DNA of 64,000 nucleotides from the human T2T-CHM13v2.0 reference genome, Homo sapiens: NCBI GenBank assembly GCA_009914755.4, contig CP086569.2, positions 13,184,001 to 13,248,000 of the forward strand, read 5' to 3'. Shown piece by piece: positions 26,641 to 38,349 of this stretch (position 1 is its first letter; each line of letters starts with the position of its first letter). The notes under the pieces were generated by a model. It saw only the letters and a program-made list of their open reading frames with translations, ran no database searches and was not told where the DNA came from. The position numbers and the translations under genes were made by a program.

Positions 26641-27644
26641 CATACTGTACTTAAAGTAGTCATTCTTACAACCCATTTTAAAAAAGGGAACTCAGGAAGC
26701 TGACGATACCAATCTAGAAGATGAACCAATTCCTTTTCAAGCTTGTCCAATCCACAGCCCACGGGCCGCACGTGGCTCAGGACAGCTTTGAATGTGGCCC
26801 TACACAAATTTGTAAACTTTCTGAAAATGTTATGAGATATTTTTTGCCTTTTTTTTCTCATCAGCTATCATCAGTGTTTATGTATTTTATGCATGGCCCG
26901 AGACAATTTTTCTTCCAATGTGGCCCAGGGAAGCCAAAAGATTGAACAGCCCTGTAAATACCCTCTGGGTTTAATAGCTACTTGGTTTTGCCCTTCCTCC
27001 ACATGTCTATCTTCTTGGTAATCACAGGTCTCAGGGGTAACTATTGGTTGGCCTGGCTGAATTTTTCCTTTCGTAGGAAGCTTTGAGGTACTTGGCCTGA
27101 TCTGAGACAAACCCACATCTGAGCTTGGTGCCGCCTTCACGCCCAAGCCAGCGCTCTTTTACTTTCATTTTAGCCACTACAGAGGCAGTAAGCAAGGGAT
27201 TGAATAGTTCACTTTTTCCTTATTAATTTGCATTTCCTTTACATCCAGTGAACTAAATTCCCTGGGAGTATGAGTAAGATCCATCTCTAAATTCCTCTGG
27301 TGGCTCTGACCTTTAGTGACTGAAGGCAAGTCAGCTGCATCTCCTTACTGATAGAAGAACTAGAAAGAAACGATTCAAGCAGATAGTGAGGGTAAAAGAG
27401 TCCTTGGCAGAATTTCCCTTTTAACAAAAAGCAGCCCCCACATCATTTCTTCTTTAACAAAGAGCAGGGTGGAAAATCAAGCTGCAGGCATAGATAAGCA
27501 AGCTGGAAGCTTGCACAGGTAAATGCAGGCAGCTATGCCAATGGAAAAGTGCTACCTGGGGGCCAGGCACGTTCAACATGGAGGCTCCACCTTCCCTTTT
27601 CTTTGTCACAATGTGTACAGTAAAAAACCAGAGGCCAGGTGTGG

Positions 27645-27955
<311 letters not shown>

Positions 27956-28004
27956 GGCACTAGCCAGGTAGAGAGTCCGTCTGCATAAGAAAAGAATAGG
28001 TTCT

Positions 28005-28249
28005 GAGGTGGGCAGATCACCTGACGTCAGGAGTTTGAGACCAGCCTGACCAACATGGAGAAACCCCAGCTCTACTAAAAATACGAAATTAGCCAGTCGT
28101 GGTAGTGGGCACCTGTAATCCCAGCTACTTGGGAGCCCAGGCAGTAGAATCACTTGAACCCAGGAGGCAGAGGTTGCAGTGAGCCAAGATCACGCCATTG
28201 CACTCCAGCCTGTGCAACAAGAGTAAAATTCCATCTCAAAAAAAATAGG

Positions 28250-28250
<1 letters not shown>
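28005..28250 (+). mobile_element. 5'-truncated Alu SINE
   Basis: ggtgggcagatcacctgacgtcaggagtttgagaccagcctgaccaacatggagaaaccccagctctactaaaaatacgaaattagccagtcgtggtagtgggcacctgtaatcccagctacttgggagcc ... Confidence 0.85.
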
Positions 28251-28760
<510 letters not shown>

Positions 28761-28994
28761 TATATATATATATATTTATGTATATATATGTACACATATA
28801 TTTGCATGCACATAAACACATCTAAACACGCATGCACACTCATAGAAAGATCCTACAGCTTTTACTTCAGAACTCTAGCAAGAGATGTCAACACAAACTT
28901 ACCAGTTTATACAAACAAAAAGGCTGGATCCCAACAGTGACTTTTATCTTAACAGCAGTAGAAAAGTAACAAAAGGGCAAGAAGCAGTGTTTCA

Positions 28995-29230
28995 TGCCAG
29001 TAATCCCAGCACTTTGTGAGGCTGAGGCAGGCGGATCACTTGAGGTCAGGAGTTAAAACCAGCCTGGTCAACATGGTGAATCCTGTCTCTACTAAAAACA
29101 CACTGTGTGTCACTACTGAGTCATTCTACCCTTTTACATGTGAACCCAGGAGGTGGAGTTTGCAGCAAGCGGAGATCATGCCACTGCCCTCCAGCCTAGG
29201 TGACAGAGCCAGACTTTGTCTCAAAAAAAT
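28995..29230 (+). mobile_element. Alu SINE with approx 40-bp internal non-Alu insertion
   Basis: ttcatgccagtaatcccagcactttgtgaggctgaggcaggcggatcacttgaggtcaggagttaaaaccagcctggtcaacatggtgaatcctgtctctactaaaaa | cacactgtgtgtcactactgagtcattctacccttttacatg | tgaacccaggaggtggagtttgcagcaagcggagatcatgccactgccctccagcc.. Confidence 0.75.
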
Positions 29231-29249
29231 ATTTTTTTTGAAGAGAGTT

Positions 29250-29480
29250 TTTCATTTAACCAATGGTTCACAACACCGCCCGAAGAAGGTCCTGAGAACA
29301 AGTGCCCAAGGTGGTTGCGTTACAGCTTGTTTTTACACAATTTAAGGGGACAGGAGACATCAATTAATACATGTCACATGTACATTGGCTTAGTTCAGAA
29401 AGGTGGCATTCAAAGTGGAATGGAATCCAGGTTGTAGGTGGATTCCAAGATTTTCTGATTAAAGACCTGTAATCAATAGA
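29250..29480 (+). mobile_element. Tigger/pogo-type terminal fragment (type A)
   Basis: ..gaaggtcctgagaacaagtgcccaaggtggttgcgttacagcttgtttttacacaatttaaggggacaggagacatcaattaatacatgtcacatgtacattggcttagttcagaaaggtgg.. Confidence 0.5.
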
Positions 29481-29847
29481 AAGGAAATATCTGGGTGAGG
29501 ATAAGGGGTTGTGGAGACCAAGATTTTTATTATGCACATGTAGCCTGCAGTTAGCAGGCTTCAGAGAAACTGGATAGTAAATGTTTCTTCTTAGACTTAA
29601 AATGGTGCTAAACTCTTGCTTAACCTTTCCTGGATCAGAAAAAATAATAATATTACAGTGGAGAACACCAACAGACACCACTTAATCCAGGTGATCAAAT
29701 TTAACATCACCAGGACAGGACATAAAGACATCATGCACTCCATAACATGACACACTGAAAACTTACATCAATTCTGATGATTTTTTTGCCAAAAATGCAT
29801 AACCTCAGTCTAATCATGAGAAAACACTGGACAAAACCAAACTGAAG

Positions 29848-30155
29848 GCTGGGCACAGTGGCTCAAGCCTGTACTCCCAGCACTTTGGGAGGGTGAGACA
29901 GGTGGATCACCAGAGGTCAGGAGTTCGAGATGAGCCTGGCCAACAAAGTGAAACCCCATCTCTACTAAAAATACAAAAATTAGGCAGGTGCAGTGGCAGG
30001 TACCTCTAATCCCAGCTACTCTGGAGACTAAGGCATGAGGACAGCTTGAACCTGGGAGGCAGAGGTTGCAATGAGCCAAGATCACACCACTGCACTCTAG
30101 CCTGGGGGATAGAAAGAGAGTCTGTCTTAAAAAAAAAAAACAAAAAAAAAAAACT
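29848..30155 (+). mobile_element. Alu SINE
   Basis: ggctgggcacagtggctcaagcctgtactcccagcactttgggagggtgagacaggtggatcaccagaggtcaggagttcgagatgagcctggcc ... cactgcactctagcctgggggatagaaagagagtctgtcttaaaaaaaaaaaa. Confidence 0.9.
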
Positions 30156-30837
30156 GAGGCGTAATCTATAAAATAATTGACCATTACCTAGATTGGATAG
30201 TGGAACAGAATAATATCACATGCATCCATTTATTTTCAACATTTTTTTTTTGGTTTTTAACTAACCTGCCTCCTACACTACTGTATGTCTGGATTTTATG
30301 TTTATTTTCCCATTCAGAAAGTCTACTTTTTTAAAAAGGAATTTTAATCCATTCATGTTTATTATGATCACTGTTATATTTGGATTGAGTCCTGCAGCTT
30401 TGTTTCACATTGTTTTCCCTTTTTTACATATATCGGATTTTCTGCTTCTTTGGTGTAATTCTTTCCCACCCACCTCTGATTTCATGAAACAAGTTTTCTT
30501 CAATCCACGCATTTCCCATTAAGGCTCTGAAACTTGTAGACATCTTTTCTAGTTTTCTGGAGGTAATGCCCTTTCAACTGTCAGCACACATATTTAAGCT
30601 TATATTTTCTATCAAATATAAAGATAGTCATTATCTATGTCTTCTTCCCAGATGAAACAAAAACATGAACATATGCTCATTCTCTCTTTCTTCTCTGCTC
30701 TTTCAATTACCTCACGTGTGAAATGTTAATTCCAGATTATTTTCACAACTGTGCACTAACACATTCAGACATAACTCTGTTTTATACATTTATTTATTCA
30801 GCACTGCTTCCTGTGTACTCTCTTCTTTTTATTGTTA

Positions 30838-31130
30838 GTAGTGGTAGTAGTAGTAGTAGTATTTTGAGACAGGGTCTTGCTCTGTCACCCAGGCTGGAGT
30901 GCAGCATCAATCTCCTGGGCTCAAGTGATCCTCCCACCTCAGCCTCATGACTAGTTGGGACTACAGGCATGTGCCACTACACTCAGCAATTTTAAACAAA
31001 TTTTTAGTAGAGATAAGAGCTCACTATGTTGTCCAGGCTGGTCTTGAACTCCTGGACCCAAGCGATCCTCCAACCTCAGCCTCCCAAAATGCTATGGTTA
31101 CAGGCATGAGCCACTGTGCTTGGCTACTCT
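30838..31130 (-). mobile_element. (AGT)n microsatellite then Alu SINE (antisense, AluJ-like)
   Basis: agtagtggtagtagtagtagtagtattttgagacagggtcttgctctgtcacccaggctggagtgcagcatcaatctcctgggctcaagtgatcctcccacctcagcc ... ggttacaggcatgagccactgtgcttggc. Confidence 0.85.
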
Positions 31131-31287
31131 TGCCTTTCTTAGATTACATTCCATTTTGCTGGAGTCAATCAACTAACTTTTTCCTCAAAGGTCTTTGAGG
31201 GATAACATTTTTGAGCATTTGCAAATTTGAAACACCCTGTAAAGACCAAAAATGGCACATTCATTTCTTCAGCCTCTCCATACCTAA

Positions 31288-31655
31288 GGTGATATGGTTT
31301 GGCTGTGTCCCCACCTAAAGCTCATCTTCAGTGGTACCTCCCATAATTGCCACGTGTTGTGGGAGGAACCTAGTGAAAGATAATTGAATCATGGGGGTGG
31401 TTTCCCAATACTGTTCTCATGGTAATGAGTAAGCCTTATGAGATCTGATGGTTTTATAAGAGGTTTCCCCTTTCACTTGGCTCTTTTTTCTCTCTTGCCT
31501 GCCACCATGTGAGACATGTCTTTTCCCTTCTGCCATGATTGTGAGGCCTCCCCAGTGATGTGGAACTGTGAGTCCATTAAACCTCTTTCCTTTATAAGTT
31601 ACCGAGTCTTGGGCATGTCTTTATCAGCCGCATGAGACTAATACCTGAGGAATAT
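31288..31655 (+). mobile_element. THE1/MST-type MaLR solo LTR
   Basis: tgatatggtttggctgtgtccccacctaaagctcatcttca..cctcccataattgccacgtgttgtgggagg..ctagtgaaagataattgaatcatgggggtggtttcccaatactgttctcatggtaatgagtaagcc..tgagatctgatggttttataagagg..gccaccatgtgagacatg..gccatgattgtgaggcctccccagtgatgtggaactgtgagtccattaaacctctttcctttataagttaccgagtcttgggcatgtctttatcagccgcatgagactaatac. Confidence 0.85.
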
Positions 31656-32122
31656 GTTCCTTCTGGCAAACATGCAGGGCAGCAAACACAAGGGCGCTCT
31701 GGGGCTATTTCTTACATCTCCCTCCTACCACCTTAACAATTCTCCAAAATATTGCCGTGAGTTTTGGAAAATATAATAATGAAGGAAGTGTTTGCCCCCA
31801 TCAACGCATTGCCAGCTCTCTGGCAAAACCACAAATCCCAGAAAATCTCTTCTCAGACATCTTCCAGAACTCACGTCTTTAAGGTTAATGGTAGGAGGCT
31901 TCCCATGTGGGAACGTCGCTGATGAAGACTCTGTCTGTCCTTCACTCTCTCTCAATTCCCACAGTCCTCTGAATATGTGGCTTTTCATGTCCCAGCATGG
32001 GATGATAGACAGATCAGGGCAGATGGTTTGAGTAAGACTCCTACTTCAGCTACCTCATGTTTCTTATACATTCATTGACACCTCTTATTTTGTCAGCATT
32101 TTATTTTTATTTTTAATTGACA

Positions 32123-32162
<40 letters not shown>

Positions 32163-32962
32163 TGTAACATGGAATGCTTTGATATATGTTCGCAATGTGA
32201 AATGATTACATTAGGCAAGTTAATAAATCTATCCCCTCCCAGGAGCAATAAGTTTAGTGATCTATTGCATGGAATGATGACCATAATAAGTAATAATGCA
32301 TGGTATATTTTAATGACCACTTCTTCCTAATCTAAGTTCTGGGTTAAGAAAATTCAACCTCAGTCTTTCTTGTAATAAAATAAAATTACTGTCATCTTAA
32401 AGTGCTCGTTCCAGCCTCTTCTGAGTGTTTTAGCATATTTATCTATTTAATCTTTGCAGCAACTCTATGAAGCATTTGCTATTGTAGTCATTTTAAAGTT
32501 GAGACACTGCATACAAAGAAGTTAAGTGACACTTATTTTTCCCTAGCCAACAAATAGAACGAACTTGAAAAGCAGACATTCAGTTTTAGAGTCTGCATGT
32601 TTCACCATCAGTTTTTATTTCTCTAAAAATGCTGAATTGTGGAGGACAGATTGGGTACTTTGACTCTCTAAAATGGACATGTTTTGTTGGTACATATGTA
32701 CCCTCATATCCCCTGGATTAACATAAAACAAACCGAGTCTTTTCCTTATGGCCATTTCCTCCTAATGGCTGAAGAAAACATCAATGACAAGTCTCTAGCA
32801 AGAACACCTGCGCCACGCTTGAATGATGAAACGAGTAGTTGAGAAATGTTTGTCTAGCGCCTCCTAGTGGCACATTAGTGAAGTGGGGGCATAATTTATT
32901 GGTTCATTCAGGTCAAAGTCTGCAGTGTCCCTACAATGTAAAGAGGGATAAGAAATAGCAGA

Positions 32963-33250
<288 letters not shown>

Positions 33251-33296
33251 AAAAAAAAAGCAGGGGGTTGGGGGGAGAAAAGAAATAGCAAAATCG

Positions 33297-33548
33297 GGCT
33301 GGGCACTGCGGCTCTACTCCTGTAATCCCAGCACTTTGGGAGGTCGAGTCGGCGGATCATGTGACATCAGAAGTTCTAGACCAGCCTGGCCAACATGGTG
33401 AAACCCTGTCTCTACTAAAAATACAAAAATTAGCCAGGCATGGTAGTGTGTGTGCCTGTTATCCCAGCTACTGTGGTGGCTGAGGCAGCAGAATCGCTTG
33501 AATCCGGGAGACAGAGGTTGCAGTGAGCCGAGAATGCACCACTGCAGA
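33297..33548 (+). mobile_element. Alu SINE (3' end eroded)
   Basis: ggctgggcactgcggctctactcctgtaatcccagcactttgggaggtcgagtcggcggatcatgtgacatcagaagttctagaccagcctggccaacatggtgaaaccctgtctctactaaaaatacaaaaattagccaggcatgg... Confidence 0.85.
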
Positions 33549-33599
33549 ATCGAATAAAGAAAAAATGATGGATTTGGGATGATGTAGGGATTTGTTAGC

Positions 33600-33660
33600 T
33601 GCATGCTGTCTCTCTGTCTCTTTCTCTCTCTCTCTCTCTCCACACACACACACAATTTGA
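33600..33660. repeat. (TC)n(CA)n microsatellite
   Basis: tctctgtctctttctctctctctctctctccacacacacacacaa. Confidence 0.9.
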
Positions 33661-33947
33661 GAACAGCATTAAACACAAGTAATCCAGGGGAGCTCTGAGT
33701 GAAATAAGTAAACTTCAAACTTCAAAAATTGCAAAAGATGTTGTTATTGCATTTGCTTGTTAGGTTGTTTTTTAGAGTTTTGTTTTGTTTTTAAGACAGG
33801 GTCTCCCACTGCACTCCAGCCTGGGTGACAGAGCAAGATTCCATCTCAAAAGAAAAAATTAAGTATGGTAAAATAACACATAACCAAATTTGCCATTTTA
33901 AATCATGTTTAAGTGCACATATTAGTGATACTAAGAACATTCATCGT

Positions 33948-34255
33948 TGCTGGCACGGTGGCTCCTGCCTGTAATCCCAGCACTTTGGGAGGCTGATGTG
34001 GGTGGATCATTTGATGTCAGGAGTTCGAGACCAGTCTTGCCAACATGGTGAACTCCTGCCTGTACTAAAAATACAAAAATTAGCTGGGTGTAGTGCTGTG
34101 TGCCTGTAATCCCAGCTACTCAGGAGGCTGAGACAGGAGAATCACTTGAACACAGGAGGCAGAGGTTGTCGTGAGCTGAGATGACACCACTGCACTCCAG
34201 CCTGGTTGACGGAGTAAGACTCTATCTCAAAATATAAAGTATAATAAAATAAAGA
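33948..34255 (+). mobile_element. Alu SINE with TSD, inserted immediately 5' of an older Alu fragment (34266-34345)
   Basis: gctggcacggtggctcctgcctgtaatcccagcactttgggaggctgatgtgggtggatcatttgatgtcaggagttcgagaccagtcttgcc ... ; aagaacattcatcgtt at 33934-33949 and aagaacattcattgtt at 34252-34267. Confidence 0.85.
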
Positions 34256-34349
34256 ACATTCATTGTTGGCCACACGTGGTGGCTCACACCTGTAATCCCA
34301 GCAGTTTGGGAGGCCGAGGCAGGAGAATTTCTTGAGCCCAGGAATGGTG

Positions 34350-34900
34350 AGAACAAGAAGCAGAAGCAGACAAAGGACCAAATTGAGACTAGCTAAAACA
34401 TGGAAGCAGCATTCCATAAGACATGCTCAATAGCATGCCTTGTCAGTTTACCATTGCCATGGCAACATCTGGGAGTAACTGGCCTCTTCTATGGCAATGA
34501 CCTGAGCACTCAGAAGTTACCACCCTTTTCGTAGAAATTTCTGCATAAACTGCGCATTAATCTACACGCAATTAAAAGTCGGTATAAATATTACTGCAGT
34601 AGTGCCCTGACCCCTGCTCTCTGCAGGGGTAGTCACACTACCACCTCCATAAAGCTGTCTCTTCCACCACTGGCTCACTCTTGAGTTCTTTCCTGAGGGA
34701 AGCCAAGACCTCTCCCAGGCTAAGCCCCAATTTGGGACTCACTTGCCCTGTTTCCATCTGTAGATCTTCTCTTTGTCTTTTGTAGTCTGCAGTCACACAT
34801 GCTTCAAATTTTGGATTTATATTTGTTTATTCTGCTTAGAATTACTTCCTATGCGTATTGCCAAATGCCTTTCTTCAATTAAATAACAGTTTTAGCCATG
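34350..34900 (+). mobile_element. possible solo LTR (family unassigned)
   Basis: TATA-like ggtataaatattactgc followed approx 60 bp later by ccataaagctgtctcttccaccactggctcactcttgag (R-like); no similarity to the HERV-K 3' LTR at 50858. Confidence 0.25.
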
Positions 34901-35156
34901 TTTCTTTATTTTTTTCTTAAATGTTGACTCTTCACCATTTTTTCTTATTTTATGTTTAAGGAATGACAATTAAACTGCAATTGATGATGCTTACAACAAC
35001 ATTTGTAATAATATTTATTGACTGCTTATTCTACACAAGGCAATTTCACATTAATTAATGCATGTAATCCTCATAGCTTCTCTGTAAAGTAGACACTGGT
35101 TTTCCTCATTTTACACATGAAGAAACCAAATCACAGGAACATCTCCATGATGATAT

Positions 35157-35655
35157 TGGAACAGGAATTAAAAGAAATTAAAGAGTGTGTAAGCAAAAAC
35201 TCAGTTGTTTGTAGGAAAACCCAATTTCCCCTGAGGAAGAGAAAGAGCTGGAGTCCTTTAAAATTAACTGGCTGTTTTTCTGTCTGTGGCTAGTGAGCCT
35301 TCTCTCTCCCTTTCCAGGCATTGTGAAGATGCTGCTTCTCTAGCTGAGCAGCTGCAAAGTCACTGGATGGATAATCTCAAGTCATAAAACATGTTGTTTC
35401 TTGAAAAGTAAGAAATTATGTAATGCATGTCTTAATTGAGTAACTGTCTTTGTTTCTCACTTCTGTAATATGCTTCCCCCTGCACAGATCTCCCCCTGCC
35501 CCCAGAAAATGCTTAAAAGGAGCTTGAATCTTTGTTTGAGGCTCAGTCCTTTGGATGTTAATCTCACTGGGTCGGTGCACCTAAATAATTAAATAACTCC
35601 TCCTCAACCCCTCAGTCTCTCCGATTCCTTAATTATCCCACTGCATTTCTGGTGG
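35157..35655 (+). repeat. ERV#2 5' LTR
   Basis: see provirus; begins TGGA.., ends ..CTGCA. Confidence 0.85.
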
Positions 35656-35659
35656 CCCA

Positions 35660-35677
35660 GATGGGGGTTGGAGATGA
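35660..35677 (+). promoter_or_regulatory. ERV#2 primer binding site (closest to tRNA-Ile 3' end; tentative)
   Basis: TGGTGGCCCAGATGGGGG four nt after LTR end; tRNA-Ile PBS as recalled is TGGTGGCCCGTACGGGGATC (15/20 over 20 nt); not tRNA-Phe/His/Lys/Pro/Trp. Confidence 0.4.
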
Positions 35678-36626
35678 AAGATTTACTGTCTCCTTTTCCT
35701 GTGGGACTAGAGCCCCAGGGCCTGGAAGACCCAGCATCTAAGGTGTGCCACGGGGGAGCTTCACCCAGATGGAAACCACCTTTCCTGGCATTCTAGCGCC
35801 CTGCCCAGCAGTGCAACAGGACCGGGGATGGAGCTGCAGGACAATACCAGCACTTCAGGAACCGCGGTAAGGAGTAAGAGCTCAAGGCGGGAAAGCCCAT
35901 CCTATCCCATAGGGACAAAGAGGAGCTTGATCACCTCCTGGGGACCGATCACAAATCCAACCAAGAGTGGCTGGGGGTAGCAGGAGTGGCCTGCCAATTT
36001 GGATGAACCTCATGTCCCCCTAACAAGTAAAGTATTTCACTGGTGGAGAAAATGGGCCGATAGAGCGGCGAGTAAGAACTTGGAGCTTCCTTCCTTGCAG
36101 GAAGCTTCCTTCCTTGCAGGTAGCTTCCTTCCTTGCAGGAAGACCTTGCTGGCAGGGTGGCAAGAGTGATTTGCCACCCCAAGTGGGAGTGCATGGGTGT
36201 ATGTGGACCTACCCAGGACATGAGAGATGCTCTTTTCGTCCAATGAGGAGTCCTGGGGTAGGCATGATGTCTGTATGTGTATGAATGTGGGAGCCTAACC
36301 AGGCTCACCTGGGACACGGGAGAGGCCTGTTTTGCCCGATGAGGAGTCCTGGGGCAGGAAAGGTGTGTGAAAGAGATGGTCTCCATAGAGGCCAATGTGG
36401 GGAGTAACGTGGGGAGGCACAGATCCCTTGGCATGGGCTATGTGCTCCGAGGCAAGTGCAGGGGAAACCAGACCTAGGACATTTTATGTGGCTGACAGGA
36501 CCAGCTCCATGGCTGCGGTAGGCTGTGAGAGTGGAAGGCACATTCCTGGCTAAGCAGCGTCCAAAACTCCTGTAATAGCACCCAGTCTGGTGAACCTGAG
36601 AGTGAAAGTGCATTACAAAGGAGGAA

Positions 36627-38300
36627 ATGGGAGGAAAAGCGTCGAAACTGACTCCTTTTGAGTGCATGATAAAGAGTTTTAAAACAGGATTTACAGGTGA
36701 TTATGGGATGAAACTGGATGCTCAAAAGTTAAGGACATACTGTGAGATAAATTGGCCTGCTTTTAATGTGGGGTGGCCCTCTGAAGGTACAATAGAAAGG
36801 GAATTAATTGGCAGTGTGTTTAAGGTGGCCACTGGAGTTGGAGGACAATCAGGATATCCAGACCAGAGTCCCTAAATAGACTCTTGGCTCAGTGTGGCAC
36901 AAACTTGCCCCAAGTGGCTACAGCCCTGCCTAGAAGGATAGTGCAAGGTATTAATGGCTCAGGCAGCCCAACCAAAGGAAGCAGAGGAACCTAAAGCCCC
37001 TAGAGTCTCTCAAGAAAAGGAGTCCCTGAAGCCTCAGCTGAAACTACTTCTTCAGTTTCCACCTGAGGAAAGGGAATTTCCGCCCCCATATATGCCGCCA
37101 GTCTACCTGTCTTTGGCCAGTATAAGGCAGGAGGCAGAGTCAGGAGCATCCACAGAGTCAGGCTGAGAGGAAAGTGAGGCCCAGTCTCCCCCAACCCCAG
37201 AGGAACAAAAGCCTCCCTTAGAAAAAAACCAGGAAGATGGACAGAGCAAGGCAGCTGGGTGCCTCCGCTCAGGCTGACCACAGGCTTTGCAGATGCCACT
37301 TCGAGAGAACAGGACACAAGTTTATGATGACCAAGGGCAGATACAAGGAGGCTCTAGGCTTTATGTTTATCAGCCTTTCTCCACTACTGATCTCTTAAAT
37401 TGGAAACAGCATGCCCCCTTGTATGCAGAAAAGCCTCAGGCTGTCATTGATTTGGTGAATTCTATTATTATAACACAAAACCCAACCTGGCCAGATTGTC
37501 AACTACTTTTGCTAACTTTAATACAGAGGAGCATAGGAGAGTTAATCAGGCAGCTCTCAGCTGGTTAGAAGGGGAAGCCCCAGAGGCCACCCGTAACCCA
37601 TGCCAGTTCTCCGTGGAGCGATACCCAAATGAGGACCCTAACTGGGACCCAAATGAGGCTGGGGACATGGAACAGCTGCATTATATAGAAGGGCACTCCT
37701 GAACAGGATAAAAGCAGGAGGAAGGAAGGCATTGAATATCCATAACATATCAGAAGTGGGCCAAAAGCCTGATGAAAGCCGCAGTGCATTCTATGAAAGG
37801 CTTTGTGAGGCATAGAGGCTGTACACTCCAATTATTCCAGAGGCTCCTGAAAACCAAAATATGATAAATATGACCTTTGTCAGGCAAGCTCAGGGAGACA
37901 TAATATGAAAGCTTCAGAAGTTGGAAGGCTTTTCAGGGAAAAATATTAGTAAACTCCTGGAAATAGCAAACAAAGTATTAAAAAACTGGGAAGAAGAGGC
38001 AGAGAAAAAGGAAGAAAGAAAAACGAGAAATAGAAACAAAGAGACAGCTCAATTTCTGCTGCACTAGCAGAAAGTAACCCTGGACTTGTTAGAGGGTGAG
38101 GCCGAGGCAGAGGCCAAGGAACAGGGCAGACAAGACCCAGAGATGAAAGCCAGTCCCAGTTGGACAGGAATCAATGTGAAAGGTGCAGGCAAATGGGCCA
38201 CTGGAAAGATGAGTGCCCTGAAAAGGAAAAGGATGATGATGGTCAGTGGTCTAACACCCAAGTGCGGTGTTAGGTTGCTAGCAGTGGTACTTCCAAGGCA
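36627..38300 (+). pseudogene. ERV#2 gag (decayed; MA with N-terminal MG, PPPY late domain)
   Basis: ORF 36627-36875 MGGKASKLTPFECMIKSFKTGF..; ..EEREFPPPYMPPVYLS.. at approx 37060-37110; frame broken by multiple stops/frameshifts (ORFs 36954-37166, 37287-37568, 37496-37702). Confidence 0.7.
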
Positions 38301-38349
38301 GATCCCGATCTGATCGGCTTGGCAGGGGCTGAGAATTTAGAGGACTCAG

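Noticed and set aside
34350-34900. Candidate 5' LTR of the HERV-K/FAM8A-like element
   Set aside because: It has LTR-like TATA and polyA-signal features but no similarity to the MER9-like 3' LTR at 50858-51345. No tRNA-Lys PBS (TGGCGCC..) follows it, so it is more likely an unrelated solo LTR, left as a low-confidence feature.
35070-35156. MIR SINE call for ..attttacacatgaagaaaccaaatcacagg.. just upstream of ERV#2
   Set aside because: The segment resembles the MIR core (about 22/29), but it also translates in frame with the downstream HERV-K Gag MA fragment (..FLILHMKKPN.. vs ..FIKILLKRGG..). The Gag continuity across the ERV#2 insertion is the stronger signal. The MIR resemblance is treated as probable coincidence, so ambiguity is flagged.
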